Origin: Octopus vulgaris
Taxonomy: Eukaryota
Direction of reading: 5' to 3'
DNA length: 64,000 nt
NCBI GenBank assembly: GCA_951406725.2
Contig: OX597815.1
Location: forward strand, 104,904,001 to 104,968,000
Part shown: in pieces, positions 13,333-28,604 of the stretch
How positions within the stretch are numbered: position 1 is the stretch's first letter
Layout of the letters: the number at the start of each line of letters is the position of its first letter
Notes under the pieces: model-generated
The model's input: the letters and a program-made list of their open reading frames with translations, nothing else
The model's database searches: none
Told to the model about the DNA's origin: nothing
Translations under genes and position numbers: made by a program

Positions 13333-14372
13333 ATGCAAAAACTACCCTTACTGCTACTTCTGAACAACATAAAACATAACAATAACCTCTTAGAACAATG
13401 CAAACATCAAACTACCCTTGCCTCGACATTCCTGTTAAATGTACGTGGCATCAACACATCACTCACTGCCCCAAAATGGAAGATCCCATACATAGAGAGT
13501 TGGCTTGTCGAAACGGCACATTATATCCCTTTCTTTATCCATACTGAAACTCACTTAAACAACACTCATATGGATGCCGAGGTGAAAATAAAAGATTTCA
13601 CCATCATCCGTGCAGATCGCACAGACTGAAATAAAGGGGGAACATTCATCTTTCTCCATCATTCTTTTTCAGTTGATGCCAAGGACATATTTTCCAATGG
13701 CTGTTGTGAATCCATATCACTAATCAACAAGCCAACGACATAATCATTGTTGGTCCTTACAGGCGACCCCTAGCACCTCTGAAGTACTTTGAAGAATGCG
13801 TCAACAAAATCAGATCATTCCTTCATACTTGTGATGGGTGATTTTAACCTTCCTTATTTAAACTGGCCCACAAATACTCTGAAGTTAGGCAAATGCTCTA
13901 CACCACACAAAGCAGCAGCAGAATTACTCTTTAATCTAATGGATAAATTTTTCCTGACTCAGCTAGTGCTCGAATCAACAAGACAGAATAAAACAATCTT
14001 GGATCTAATATTAACCAACCACTCTAGCTCCGTTCGCAGTATTTCAGATGAAAAAACTCTCCTCTCAGTCCACGAAGTGATACTCTGCAACTTTAATTTC
14101 CGGCATATCAAAACCAAAGCAGCCAATCCCACTCCATTGCACTTATTTGACACAAAGCGGACTGGGGAGCAATCAGAAAGGATCTGTCCTTCATCGATTA
14201 GTCCTTCACTCTCAGTTCCACTCACATTGAAACTGCATGGCAGCATTTTGAGGACATTGTCACTTATACATGCTCTAAACACGCTCCTACGAAATCCACC
14301 AGCACAAATATATACAAGATGAACGAAAATGAGGATTAAATAAATCCAAGCAAGTCTCTCTTTAAGCACTCT
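13333..14372 (+). mobile_element. LINE (CR1/L2-like) ORF2 AP-endonuclease region, pseudogenised
   Basis: LNVRGI, TETHL, IIRADR..KGG, ILVMGDFNLPYLNW, TRQNKTILDLILTN, LSVHEVI (SDH-like); stops and frameshifts. Confidence 0.85.
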
Positions 14373-14529
14373 GTGGAAAGAGCCCTGCTACTAAATGGTC
14401 CAGTTATTAGTACGCCCTCCCTATGTGTTGCTATTATTTTCTTGTGACATGTATAACTCGTAAATCGGAAGTGGAGCACCAATTAAATTCGGTGTTTTAG
14501 TCACATAGTTCATTAGATAAAAATATAAA

Positions 14530-15305
14530 ATAATAAAAATACGTTATCAACTATTTATTTGGCTTACAAGTGTTTCGAATAGCCTAGTATAACACAAGTG
14601 CCATACATTGCAGTATACTCATTTAATCGATTCTTCATGTGATCGATTAAATGACCAGAGTTGTAAAGCATGTAGGTGCCAAGCTATTCTATTCAAAGCC
14701 AGAATGCTTTTACGCTAAACTTTGTTTACATTGAGATAATGTAGAAGCGGTTTCTAAGCAATTAATTTTAGACCCTGTCTCCTTTTTATTGACCAGCATC
14801 CTTCTCAAAGGCAAAGTCTCTGACTCAGATGTCCTTAGTTTAATGGCAACTAGAAGTTGTATGCATTTCATCATTAGAGAATTTTAATACAGTCTGTGAT
14901 GCATTTAAGGGCAATTTAATAGTAAAAGACTGAATGAATTTTACTAAAGCATGAATGAAAATCGGTATCTAATAAGAATAACATGACTGTTGGAGAAATG
15001 TATATTAAATTATATCACATTACATAACATAAATAAAATGTACCATATTTTGTATTGATACTAAATTTCTTTTATAGTCTTAGAAAGATCCATTGTGTTT
15101 TTTTTTAATGAAGGTACCCACCTCCGAGAGGTATTCTGCCTCTGAATAGAATAGCTTGGCAGCTATATGCTCTGCTTCTCTGGCAATTTAATCAATCAAC
15201 AGAAGGATTGACTGAATATGAAACAGCAATGTGCTGGACTTGCATTGTGTTAAGCAATTCGAAACACGTGTAAGCTAATTAAGTCATTGATAATGCATTT
15301 TTATT
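14530..15305. repeat. Diverged inverted pair of ~180-bp pLTR-like repeats (14530-14710 minus; 15130-15305 plus)
   Basis: Shared blocks tgaatagaatagcttggca and ttcgaaacac[tg]tgtaagc...ttgataa in opposite orientations. Confidence 0.7.
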
Positions 15306-15333
15306 TTCATGTTGTATGTACTTTGTATGTATC

Positions 15334-15337
<4 letters not shown>

Positions 15338-15431
<94 letters not shown>

Positions 15432-15510
15432 GTGTGTGTGTGTGTGTGTGCGTGTGTGTATGTATGTATGTGTGTATGTATGTATATATGTATATATGTG
15501 TATATATATG
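15338..15510. repeat. (TA)n(TG)n(TATG)n compound microsatellite
   Basis: Direct read. Confidence 0.95.
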
Positions 15511-15674
15511 TGAAGTATATTTGCCATCTAAATATGGCTAACCACTAAGGGTGGATGTTACTGTAGCTTGTAGCCCCAGGAGAACATCTTCTCCAGCTGG
15601 CTATTGACACACTTTCTATACCCTATCGGTATTTGCAAAGGGAGGTCATCCTTCCCTCGTCAACCTAAGTGATA

Positions 15675-15719
15675 CGCACGGACTGCAGTTTCTGGGTATT
15701 GACCCGTCATCAGCGCACG
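15675..15719 (-). ncRNA. Type I minimal hammerhead ribozyme, Penelope-pLTR type
   Basis: Minus strand cgtgcg-CTGATGA-c-gggt-caat-accc-a-GAAA-ctgcag-TC-cgtgcg: intact core, GUC cleavage triplet, 4-bp stem II, palindromic stem III ACTGCAGT, 6-bp stem I with two G-U pairs; lies in a ~230-bp element (15545-15778) between microsatellites. Confidence 0.8.
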
Positions 15720-15778
15720 ACAATCACCGGTTTTCGATGGAAGGGTCCCAATGCAAATACATATATCCTTTTTACAGT

Positions 15779-15835
<57 letters not shown>

Positions 15836-16201
15836 GGCGAAAGCAGCTATACACAACATAAAAGCAAAAGGGAAAATTATTCAATTGTCACTAATTGTTA
15901 CTGGGTGTGCCGGGTAACACCTATGTTACTTTTTTGCGGCTCTAACGGGTTTTTAATTCTTATTTCTAGCCATATATGTATTATCCCGCATCGTCAGTCA
16001 CAATAATTGACAATTGAATTCTATATATACACCTGTTTGAGGTATGTGTTTTAAGGTTAGCCACCAACCGGTATTTTTAGCGTGACACCATCTCTAATAA
16101 GATTGTCAGCAAGGACTGCAGAGACCTTACTACCAATAAGTTGGGCAAGTTCTCTTCGCATATCTGTGTTTTGCTTCGGAGTTAAGTCCCGATTCTATCA
16201 C

Positions 16202-16588
<387 letters not shown>

Positions 16589-16591
16589 TAC

Positions 16592-16643
<52 letters not shown>

Positions 16644-17228
16644 GAGTGAGAGAGCAGTGCATGCCATCAAAGTGGCACTGGGGTAAAATATACAAAGCCC
16701 GGTATACCCATCATGACTACCCGTCTGATAAGGGTGCACCAGACACATGCATTGCAACTATATATGCGCGACATGGTGATCTCATATCAAGATAAACAGC
16801 ACATGACCTTACAGGTGAGGTCCAGTTAGAATTTTCCTCTGGTCGCGTAACCCATCCTGCTCAAACGGTCGCTGAATAAGGATTGTTTAAGGATGTTGAA
16901 CGAACCACCCATGTTTCCAGAGGTGAATTATTGAAATCCCAAAGAATCCCTCTCAACACATGGCTATGATGCTTCCCCACTATTTTGCTTGTGATCAGAG
17001 ATGCACATATTGTCAGCCACTAAGGGACATGGTCAACTGGTTAACGTCAAACAACTGACAAGCAAATCTATGGTATTGAGCAGAATATTTGCTGTAACCC
17101 ACCTTTTATACCAAGACAAAACAATGTACATGATAACACTTCCAATCAGTTGAGATCAATTATGATAACACTTCCAATCAGTTATGATAACACTTCCAAT
17201 CAGTTATGATAACAATTCCAATCAGTTA
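16644..17228 (-). mobile_element. (TAA)n-associated non-coding element, copy ending in 22-bp tandem repeats
   Basis: Aligns along its length with 28605-29555; starts at (ATT)n; tgataacacttccaatcagtt(a) occurs 4 times at 17131-17228. Confidence 0.85.
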
Positions 17229-17236
17229 TTGTTGAT

Positions 17237-18858
<1,622 letters not shown>

Positions 18859-19299
18859 ACACACTGTACAGTTACGCCAAGCGATCCTTAAAAGTTAAGC
18901 AACCCATGTCTTCAAAGTTTACTGACATCAACTTTACTTTTTAATGTTCTCGGCAAGACATTTCACTAAGTTTGGACCAAGCCTTGGTGACTTCTTCCTC
19001 CACTTCTTAAATTTTCCGTTACATACTTTGAAAAGACTAATGACTCTGATGGACTTCAGAAGTTATTATCGTTTATTTATTGGACCTTTTGTATAATGTT
19101 ATGCTTTCTGATGGCATTAGGACACTGTGCATGCGATTTGCGATTAGCTGCTGACGCTGGATCTTCGTCAACAATTTCCAGTTTCTTTCGAATTTTCGCA
19201 ACAAATCACCGGACAACTTTCATGCATCGCCTTGAAGAATGTTTAGTAGAATAAATCGACTCAAGTAATTTTTATGTCTAGTTCTTATTGTATTCGTAA

Positions 19300-19366
19300 A
19301 TGCTCCAACACCGGTTGTCAAGTAGTGGAAGGACACAAACACACACACACACAAACACACACACAT

Positions 19367-19424
<58 letters not shown>

Positions 19425-19505
19425 GAAGGGCTTTTAGAAGTTATTTGCCCAGGTTGCCACCTTGTGGGACTGAACCCGGAACCATGATGTAGTTAGGAAG
19501 CAAAC
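19300..19505 (-). mobile_element. SINE family C fragment with internal (CA)n(TA)n
   Basis: gggactgaacccggaaccatg...ttaggaagcaa is the reverse complement of the head of the 33239 copy. Confidence 0.65.
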
Positions 19506-19731
19506 GTAGCATATATCTCAGCCACAACATTGGTTGGAGATACAAGGTGTACTTTGAAAACCTACCTAGACACCTAAACTCCTTTTTCCACAGCAGGAGA
19601 CTATTAGTAGCTCGTATCTTTATACTGTGTACGTTAAATTATATATATAAGGTAGAAGATATTGGGGAACACACGTGGTTGGAGATATACAGAAAGAGAA
19701 ATGATGAAAAAACAAAGATTGTTTGTTTGTG

Positions 19732-19798
<67 letters not shown>

Positions 19799-22424
19799 AT
19801 ATATGATGACGTTCTTGTGTTTGTCACATCATCTTCATTAGGTATTAAGGTGTGTCCTTTGCGAAATCTTACTCAGTGAAAAGAAGCACCGTTAATTTTA
19901 TAGATGTGTGATACTAAAGAGTACCGCCTTTTAATATTCATTACAGATCCCTCAATATAGCTGAAACCAATTATGTTGCACCGAGAACCGAATCAGTGTA
20001 TGATTTTATTTATGATTATAGTTTTAAAGATTGTTGAAACACCTATCAGTAGAGAAAATCTTTGTACTTTCTGTTTTGTAACGAGACCATTTCCATTTCT
20101 TCGACACAATAAGTTAAATTTTATGTTTCTGACTGAGATCTGCCACCACTAGTTTTGAGTTTTTATTTTTGTTTTTTGCTTCATTTTTGAACACAATTTT
20201 GTGAAAATTAGGGAACGTCATGTTTACTTATATTTTGTAGAACGTTCTTTAAATACACTGTTGCATGCATGCATTTTTATTTAATGCACATATTAGAGTG
20301 AATAAATGTTGAACAAATGAAGTACAAAGAAGTAACCAACTATGAAATGCTAGCATGAACACATAGGAAAATAATCTTTAAATAACAATCAAGCGGATGA
20401 CAAACTGATGTAACAATGGATTTACGTCTTAGACGTAAATCCAAATATTCAAATTTTCAGTTGAAAGTGGAAATTATCTTTTGTTTTTACACAAATTTCC
20501 TTTTTCTATATGTATTTAATTCGATAAACTGACGTAAAATAAATATCTTATGTTTTTGTATTCTGACGGAAATATTTTGCAATAGGAATTATCAGAACTC
20601 AAGAAGAGATGTTTTAAAGTTTTTTTCTATTTTTTTAAATAAACGTTGCTACATAAGTTTTCCAACTTTGAGATAACAGACTGCAAGTAAGGAATTGGTT
20701 ACTGAGCATGAAACCTAAGACAAATAAAAGAAATGTAATCAGAGCCATTATCAAGAATGAATAAATTCCAGTAAGTCTGTTCATGAGTAAATCTTAAAAG
20801 ATTCATTAAATAATGGGAACAGCCAAGCATTATTAGTCCATAGTGTGAATAAAGCTAAAGCAAATTATACTAACCAACGATCTGTATTTCTAAGATTTTC
20901 TATTTCATCATGTCATTGCTGTAATTTTAATTTTGTTCGTCAGAAACGAAAGAATTGTACTGACCTTCGTCTTCATTAGACAAAAGACGAAATACGTGCA
21001 TTGAACTAATTGCTAACAGAAAGTGATTTGCTCGTCTATTCTCTTTTCTCGTCGGTCTATAAAAGTCGATATTTACAATGGTTTCATTCCTGTTGATTTT
21101 TAAAGTGTGATCTGTCTTAAACAATTATCTTTGATTCAATTGCTATTAGTGTAGCAGATGGGGTATATAAAACAGAAAATGTAAAATAAGACATGATGAT
21201 TAGTTATTCACTTTTGTTATGAAATATATGTACATCAAGTAAGTGAGGAAAAACCCTAATTAAATTAAAGAAGGTGTCAACCTAAATTTCTAAGGATATT
21301 TAGGTTCTGCAATTTGAATGTAAGTAATATTCAAAATTTCTAATAAGTAATTCTTAATTTTAGTTTTATCTGAAACTTTAATTAAATTAATGAATTTACA
21401 ATAGAAACATTAAGTTTTCATTTGATTAAAATATATTTTGACATTTTTGGACAATCTCTCATGTCACTCTACAACATTCTTGTAGAGATGTCGTTTGATT
21501 TCTACTTCTTCAATTTAAGTAAAGTTATTTCATCTGAAACGGTGAAAATGCTATATCTTCGTATGTCTCGTATCTAATGTCTCCTCATTAAAATGTCTTT
21601 TTTTCTTTTCATTTCTTCAAAGAGAATGCAGAAAGCAGTGATCAATGTTATATTTTAGAATGAAGACTAACTAACCTCTTTCGAGGTTGAAAACGTTGCC
21701 TCGAGGTTGCATAGAAATCGCATCATGTTTCATATACCGAACTATATAAAATCTTCTTTTCAAACTTATCAATGGTACTTCTCTTCTAATTTTTCACCTT
21801 TAGCGTTTGTAATCATGGGCATTGCAGAATATTTATGCCCTTTATTGCACAATCAATAACATTAGTCGGTAAAATGTTATATGGCAACTTACACAACTTT
21901 ATTTTGATCTATTGTATTTATTGATTATTTTTTGCAGACACAATGACTCATATTTATAGGAGACAAGCAGAAGTACATGGTAATACCTGAGTATTAATGC
22001 AGAGGTCACATTATATACATGGATACTTATGTGCATAATGAAGATACATGTTGTACGGAAGAAACACTACAGAAAGAGTCGGGTTTGAATATTCTTGAAA
22101 ATTGACTCATGAAGTTATTTGCAATAAAGTGTGCCTTTGTTTCTGCTAACCATATCTACTTATACATCCATCGAAATATATTGATGAAGGGATTAGTGGC
22201 GATCGTGGAATCTTCTAAATACGCACCGTTAGAAATTTAGAGACCAAAGTAATGGGGTGGGGATTTGCGCTCATTTAATACAAAGGGAAGCTGTAAGAGA
22301 TAATGACAGTTGTCTGTGTTCACCCAGTTTCAAACCATCACCACTATCATCATCCTTCCTCATTTCTCTATGTTTCTTTACTTGTGTATGTCTCGTGTTG
22401 TGTCTCTCTAACTTTTCCAATGTG

Positions 22425-22466
<42 letters not shown>

Positions 22467-22843
22467 CAAAGAGAACGAGAGAGCAAAGAGAGAGAGAAAG
22501 AGACAGAAAAATACAGAAAACAAAGTTTGAAAGGTTAATACGAGATAGAAGCCAAAAGTAAACTGAAGCGTCTCTTTCTCTATCACTTTGTATTTCAGTT
22601 TTCCTGACAGACAGAATGATGGGAGAAGAATGAATGAAAGAGTGACAACTTCATGCCATTTGAGACTACTGTCTTTCTACATCACTTTTAGTTTTTGTTT
22701 TTACTAAGAATAGATTGTAGTTTGCGGTAGATCTTCCCGCTTTTTGCCAAAATTTGTTTTATTCGAACTTTTTCTATGAGGTTGTGGCGGGTTTCCTTTT
22801 TAAGTTCCCGAAAGCAAGGTGAACATACAGCGATTCACATTCA

Positions 22844-22925
<82 letters not shown>

Positions 22926-23040
22926 GGTCGTCCCACAGGACGCCTCAAGACTGTTTTCACACATTTTCCCCATGTATCTCGATCTTCCAACAATCACTCT
23001 TCTCACAAAGCAAGCTTGATGGGGTTGCCAGTTTAGTCTT
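22844..23040 (-). mobile_element. Probable RTE-type LINE 3' end with (GATA)n tail
   Basis: Minus strand EDRDTWGKCV resembles the C-terminal DRxxW motif and is followed directly by (TAGA)n. Confidence 0.4.
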
Positions 23041-23049
23041 CGACGAACC

Positions 23050-23180
23050 GACCATATGACTGGCTGTACTGGGTTACATTTAACCAGTAGCGCTGAAGTG
23101 CAAGCTGACCATATATAGATATATGTACTGGGTTACATGTTACAAGTAGCGCTAGGAGCGACCTGACCATATATAGAATA
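23050..23180. repeat. ~57-bp minisatellite, ~2.3 units
   Basis: gaccatat...tgtactgggttacat..a.cagtagcgct repeated. Confidence 0.8.
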
Positions 23181-24689
23181 TATATACTTACAAATAAGTT
23201 ACTGAGCGTGGATATTCAGCTCATTGCTTATGAAAGTAATACAATGCTCGTGATATGATCTAAATAGTTAAGTATTTATCTGATTTAGGAACAATACATC
23301 AACTTAGCTGCCTGCCATTCAGTTATGATTAATATATCAAATATGGATGTTTTTTCATTCTAACTCCTAATTTTTATGTAGTATTTTACTCATAATAATA
23401 ATATATTCCACATATGCTTACACTTCCTCGGAAATATTTTAATTAAAAAAAGTCAGTTTTATTTTGTATAATTCAAAACTTATTAAATTATTTCCATTGA
23501 TATAATCAAGCAGCTATGAACATTCATTGCTATATTCTAAGATACTTAATTATGATTACATCCTTATCATCTTTATAATAACCAATATGCTAAGCTAGTT
23601 TTTTTAACTGACAAATTTCTGTTATACCATCTTATGATTTTTAATAGATATTGAGTATTATATGAAAAATCTCACTGAGAAAACAAGTGTAGTTCTACCT
23701 TCACCGAAATTGCTGAAATCTATTTCTAAATTTTCCTAATGTGTTATGTTATTCACCTGAAGCTACAAGATCGTTACAAAGCTAAATAAGAAATATTTGT
23801 TTATGTAGACTATATTCATTTGGTCATTGTTTAATACATAACACGCATACACACACACACACATACATATATATGTGTTTGTAGAGCTCTTTGTGTGTGA
23901 TGTTGCATATCATTTGTATACTTTTCATTGGCTGATACGGTGTTTTCTAATATTGCATTTTAGATAATCTCGCTGTTATATCTCTTCGTGGAGGAATGCC
24001 TTAAAATATTTTGTAATATTCTTCGTGCAATATGGGAAGATAGATTGCCTTAATTTGTTAGTCAATATTAATGATGATTTATTTGTTGGGAACACCCCAG
24101 AGGTATTTGTTGACATATTTTTCTATGAATTTGATCGATCATGCAACTGAAAAATCGATCGTTATTCTTTAAAGTCAAGCTACATATCAGCCGAAATTGC
24201 TTTACTCAATAATGGTATTCCACTCACTCCATTTCTCTCTCGTATTAAATTACTATTTTCGTTAAAATTAACTTACTATCTTTATTTATGGAAGGTTTCG
24301 GTGGAATTATTCTCAACCAATTGTTATATTCTGTTTCAAGGTATCATTACACATTGGACTTTCATAACCAAATATAATATTTGTATATGTATTATTCAAA
24401 AGAACAAACTAATTTAAGACTTCAGCATATAACTGGTACTTCACAAATAAATACATTCATAAAAGAAAGGCTAATCTCGGCTGGCTACTGTTATTTGTTA
24501 TATTTCTTTTAATTCAATGTCTGAAATTTTGAGTGAAATATGATAGAAAAACAATACTGCTTTCAGAAGTCATTAGTTATTTTAGCTGGCTTGGTTTTGT
24601 GCATATTAGTCATGGTTTTATCTGAAAGAAGGGCTTTGCCCATAGCCTTCGCTAGTCGTTCGAGAGTTTTGGAATTAATACAGTGAGGT

Positions 24690-25125
24690 ATCTCAAGGAT
24701 CGACGTTCTGCGGAGGAACGAATAGACTCATAGTCGTAGTGCTGACCTTGAAGGACTGGTACGAAACTTTTGCATTGAAAGTTGCATGAACAACAGAACG
24801 GGGCACCACTGCACCGTGCCAAAGATCCTAACGTCGTCTCGAGTTGCAGGACCAGATACTGCAACAGCTTGGCTTTCAAAGGTCAACAGCGCTTCGATAT
24901 CCTCCGAAATAGCCTGAGAGATGAGCATAGGGTGGATGTATGTGTCTTCAAAATAAAGCAGGATCTCCTGTCAAGAGTCCTGATGAGCTTACTTCACGAC
25001 AGAAAAGGCCGTTGAGGGCAGCAGCATGAAACCACCTCATTCACCAAATGCCACATATCAGAAGAGGTTTAAATTACTGAATGATTAGCAAAGCTAACGG
25101 TGGTGCTCCAGCATGGCTGCAGATC
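24690..25125 (+). mobile_element. CR1-like LINE 3' end fragment
   Basis: Homologous to the reverse complement of 47230-47640 (RTRYCNSLAFKGQQRFDIL vs RTSYCNCLGFRGPQLFNIL; caccaaatgccacat; ggtggtgctccagcatggc). Confidence 0.75.
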
Positions 25126-25174
25126 TCGCTAGCTGAATTTAGTTGATAAGTCAGAGTCGTACGTGCATACATAG

Positions 25175-25246
<72 letters not shown>

Positions 25247-26439
25247 GCACACACACATGCACGCACATTTATATCAGGTCCCGGTAGGGTAGAAAGAAAA
25301 GATATTTTCAATTCAGCACTCAACCCAAGCTCCGGGCTATCAACACTCTCAGATTGCAGATTAATATCGAAATTCTTCAGGTTTAGAAAATCTTGGTTTC
25401 ATTATGTAGGTTTAGAGAAGAGTACGTAATGTAGGTTTAGAAAAGAGTAAAATATAATCCAAAGAATAAGACAAAGAAATATGTCAACACATCTTTAATG
25501 ACCAGTTACAATTGTTTCTGTACCAACTCTGATTTCAACGCCAGCTTACATAAAAGTTCGAAGTGATCGTTTTTAAGATGTATGTCATTATGTAATTGTC
25601 CCTTGTGAAATATGTAGAACACACAAAAGTAATACGACCTGAGGTTTATATAAGCTAAGTTTCTACCAGAACTTTCCAACAAAAGACTATTTATAAGTGA
25701 GCAGAGGGTGGTTTTAGGGCTTTCCATTCTCCACGAGGTTTTACTGTACTCCCAATATCTAAACATGATTAAGCTATCCTGTATCAGAGAGCAATCAAGT
25801 ATTTACTTTAGTGATAACATGTGTGCATGTAAGTGAGTGATATATGTTGGTGTGTCTGTGTTTATGTGTGCGAGTGTGTTTGTGTGTGCATGCGCGCGTG
25901 TGTATGCTTGTGTGTGCATGTGTGTGTGTGTGTGTGTGTGTGTTTGTGTAGATGTGTAAGTGCATGATGTGCGCGTGAATGCATTTTGTGTCTGTGCGTT
26001 AATTTCTTTGGAAGCTTGAGCATCATGCAATCACTATTTAAGAATAATCTGTGTGCTTAAGAAGAAAAAGCGTTCATAAACGATGACCATTTGTGAGCAA
26101 CAAGGATACACATTTTCTCTAACAATAAGTATTACCAATCTTCGTCTTCCAAATTCAACAGTCGTTTTGGCAATAACTTCCATTGAAGTACATTTAAGAG
26201 TTCGGCCCAGACTGAATACTGCTATAATATTTAAACTATTTTGCCGGCATCCTTAATAATTACTTCGATGATCGAAGATTCGAGTTCTTCATTGCAATTG
26301 CATTATGTCTAATAAGCAAAACGATGTTCATCTTGAGCTAATTTTCATACACCTGTTTCTCTATATATTGTGTAGAGAATTCAACTGTTTTCACAATTCA
26401 ACATCGACTCAGCGGGTAAAAAATTATTGTTGTTAAACA

Positions 26440-26654
26440 CTAGCACTATGACCCGGCGTTGCCGGGTCTAGTGCTAGTCGGATTACCGATTTTTTATGGC
26501 TTTCTGAGCTGACTGGGGAAATGAAAAGGTCTTCACGACCACCCTCAGACAGTTTTGTAAGCCCATAGAAAATGCGAGCCTTTTACGTGAAAAACTGTGG
26601 ACTTGTATAAAAGACACACAGACACACAGATATTTTGCCATTTAGATATAGAGA
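26440..26654 (-). mobile_element. Non-autonomous Helitron (215 bp)
   Basis: Minus strand starts TC(TCTATAT), ends CTAG, with GC-rich subterminal hairpin gacccggc-aac-gccgggtc; sits between A and T with no TSD. Confidence 0.8.
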
Positions 26655-26668
26655 TAATGTAGATAGTG

Positions 26669-26726
<58 letters not shown>

Positions 26727-27769
26727 TATATATGAATGCATGTATATATATAGGAATGCGTCTTTATATATGTGTGTATGACGACAGCGTGATGAAGAGA
26801 AAGACATGGAGAGGCAGAAGGAAAAAAGAAAGTGTGATCGAACTCCGTCAAGTAGGCGTGTACGGGCAGATAGTCTGGTATATGTGAATGCGCACACACA
26901 TTCGCACACACATTCGCACACACACACATGCACACACATACACACATACAGAGAAGGAAAGAGGCAGACAGACAGACAGAGAATAGACAGCTCGGCGACG
27001 AGCAAGAAAATAACTGGAGAAACAGTATCAACGATATTAAGAGAACAGAATTCGACACAAATCTTTTAGATTGGTAAATACCTCAAACACGATGGCGTTC
27101 TTCAAATAAACGCCTGAACACGTGTTTCAAATGCAAGTAGTATCACCGAATTCTTCCTATATATATTGATTACTCGAATGCGATACGGTAAATCTGCTTC
27201 TCTTATGAGGAAGTGACCTCTGGGAGATTTGAAACCTCAGTAACTCAATTCGTTACGTTAAAACATAAATATTGATTTGGAGTAGAAAAAAAATGAACAA
27301 ATATTTGATATCTGATCGCTTGAAAGTATGATGCCAAGTTGTTTCTAAAGTGAGTAACACGCAAGAATGATAGTAAGATAGCAGCAGTAAGAACATAGAT
27401 GACACTGCTAATAAATCGTGCCAAGTACGAGAAAACAAATAGTTTAAAGAACTTTATACACCATCGAAATAGTGTTGACTATCGAGTGAATAAGTAAAGA
27501 TATTACTCGAAATTGAGAAATATTGATTGGAACAAGATCACATTAATTAAAACTGGTGTAGAAAGTAAGTATCAAACCTTTTAAATAAATCCGATGTACA
27601 GTCCGAGTATGACATCTTTACCAACATCCAGAGGAAAAAATTGAGAAGGAATATATTTTTACTTAACTTATTTACTCGTGTGTAAATAATAAAACTGGCA
27701 TTTAAGAATTTGTAGTTCAGTCTAAAACTGTTTCCTGGCAGTAAGATATGTTAAAATAAAATAAATGAG

Positions 27770-27840
<71 letters not shown>

Positions 27841-27841
27841 C

Positions 27842-28132
27842 ATTCAGTAGTTTTATTTTTATAACGTGTTTCACTTCACTACCGAGTGCAGCTCTGTGTG
27901 CCTTGGGTATGTGCTGTGATTTGTTGTGATGCTCTGATGGTTACTGTATTGAAGGTGTTCTGCGTAGGATGTGTGCAGTGCCTAATAGAGCAATTTTATG
28001 TATGTTATATGTGTAAGTCCTCGTGTTTTGTTATGTATTTGTCTGAATATTTTTTATCATGCCTAATGCACTTACTATGATAGGAATTGTTTCTGTTTTT
28101 AGATTCCACATTCTAGTTAACTCTATTTCCAG

Positions 28133-28134
<2 letters not shown>
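27842..28134 (-). mobile_element. R4/Dong LINE 3' end (5'-truncated) in (TAA)n
   Basis: Highly similar to 61753-62050; encodes LEIELTRMWNLKTETIPII; (ATT)n on both sides. Confidence 0.9.
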
Positions 28135-28171
<37 letters not shown>

Positions 28172-28174
28172 GGA

Positions 28175-28575
28175 AGGCGGCGAGCTGGCAGAAACGTTAG
28201 CACGCCGGGCGAAATGCGTAGCCGTATTTCGTCTGCCGTTACGTTCTGAGTTCAAATTCCGCCGAGGTCGACTTTGCCTTTCATTCTTTTGGGGTCGATA
28301 AATTAAGTACCAGTTACGCACTGGGGTCGATGTAATCGAATTAATCCGTTTGTCTGTCCTTGTTTGTCCCCTCTGTGTTTAGCCCCTTGTGGGTAGTAAA
28401 GAAATATGTATTTTGTCTCTCGCTACGTTCTGAGTTCAAATTCCGTTGAGGTCGACTTTGGCTTTCATCTTTTCGATAAATTAAGTACCAGTCAAGTATT
28501 GGGGTCAATGTAATCAACTATCCCCTTCCACTCAAATTCCAGGCCTTGTTCCTATTGTAGGCCTTGTTCCTATTG
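28175..28575 (+). mobile_element. tRNA-derived SINE family A with duplicated body
   Basis: aggcggcgagctggcagaaacgttagc head, gagttcaaattcc B box; second body copy from ~28410; near-identical to 44527 and 51661 copies. Confidence 0.9.
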
Positions 28576-28604
28576 TTTTTATTATTATCATTATTATTAT
28601 TATA

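Noticed and set aside
17131-17228. CRISPR-like array
   Set aside because: Direct tandem 22-mers without unique spacers, no cas genes, eukaryotic context
24981-25010. CTGATGA hammerhead core (also ~10607, 36601, 48254, 59777)
   Set aside because: No stem II-GAAA-stem III-NUH arrangement follows; most lie in other transposon sequence
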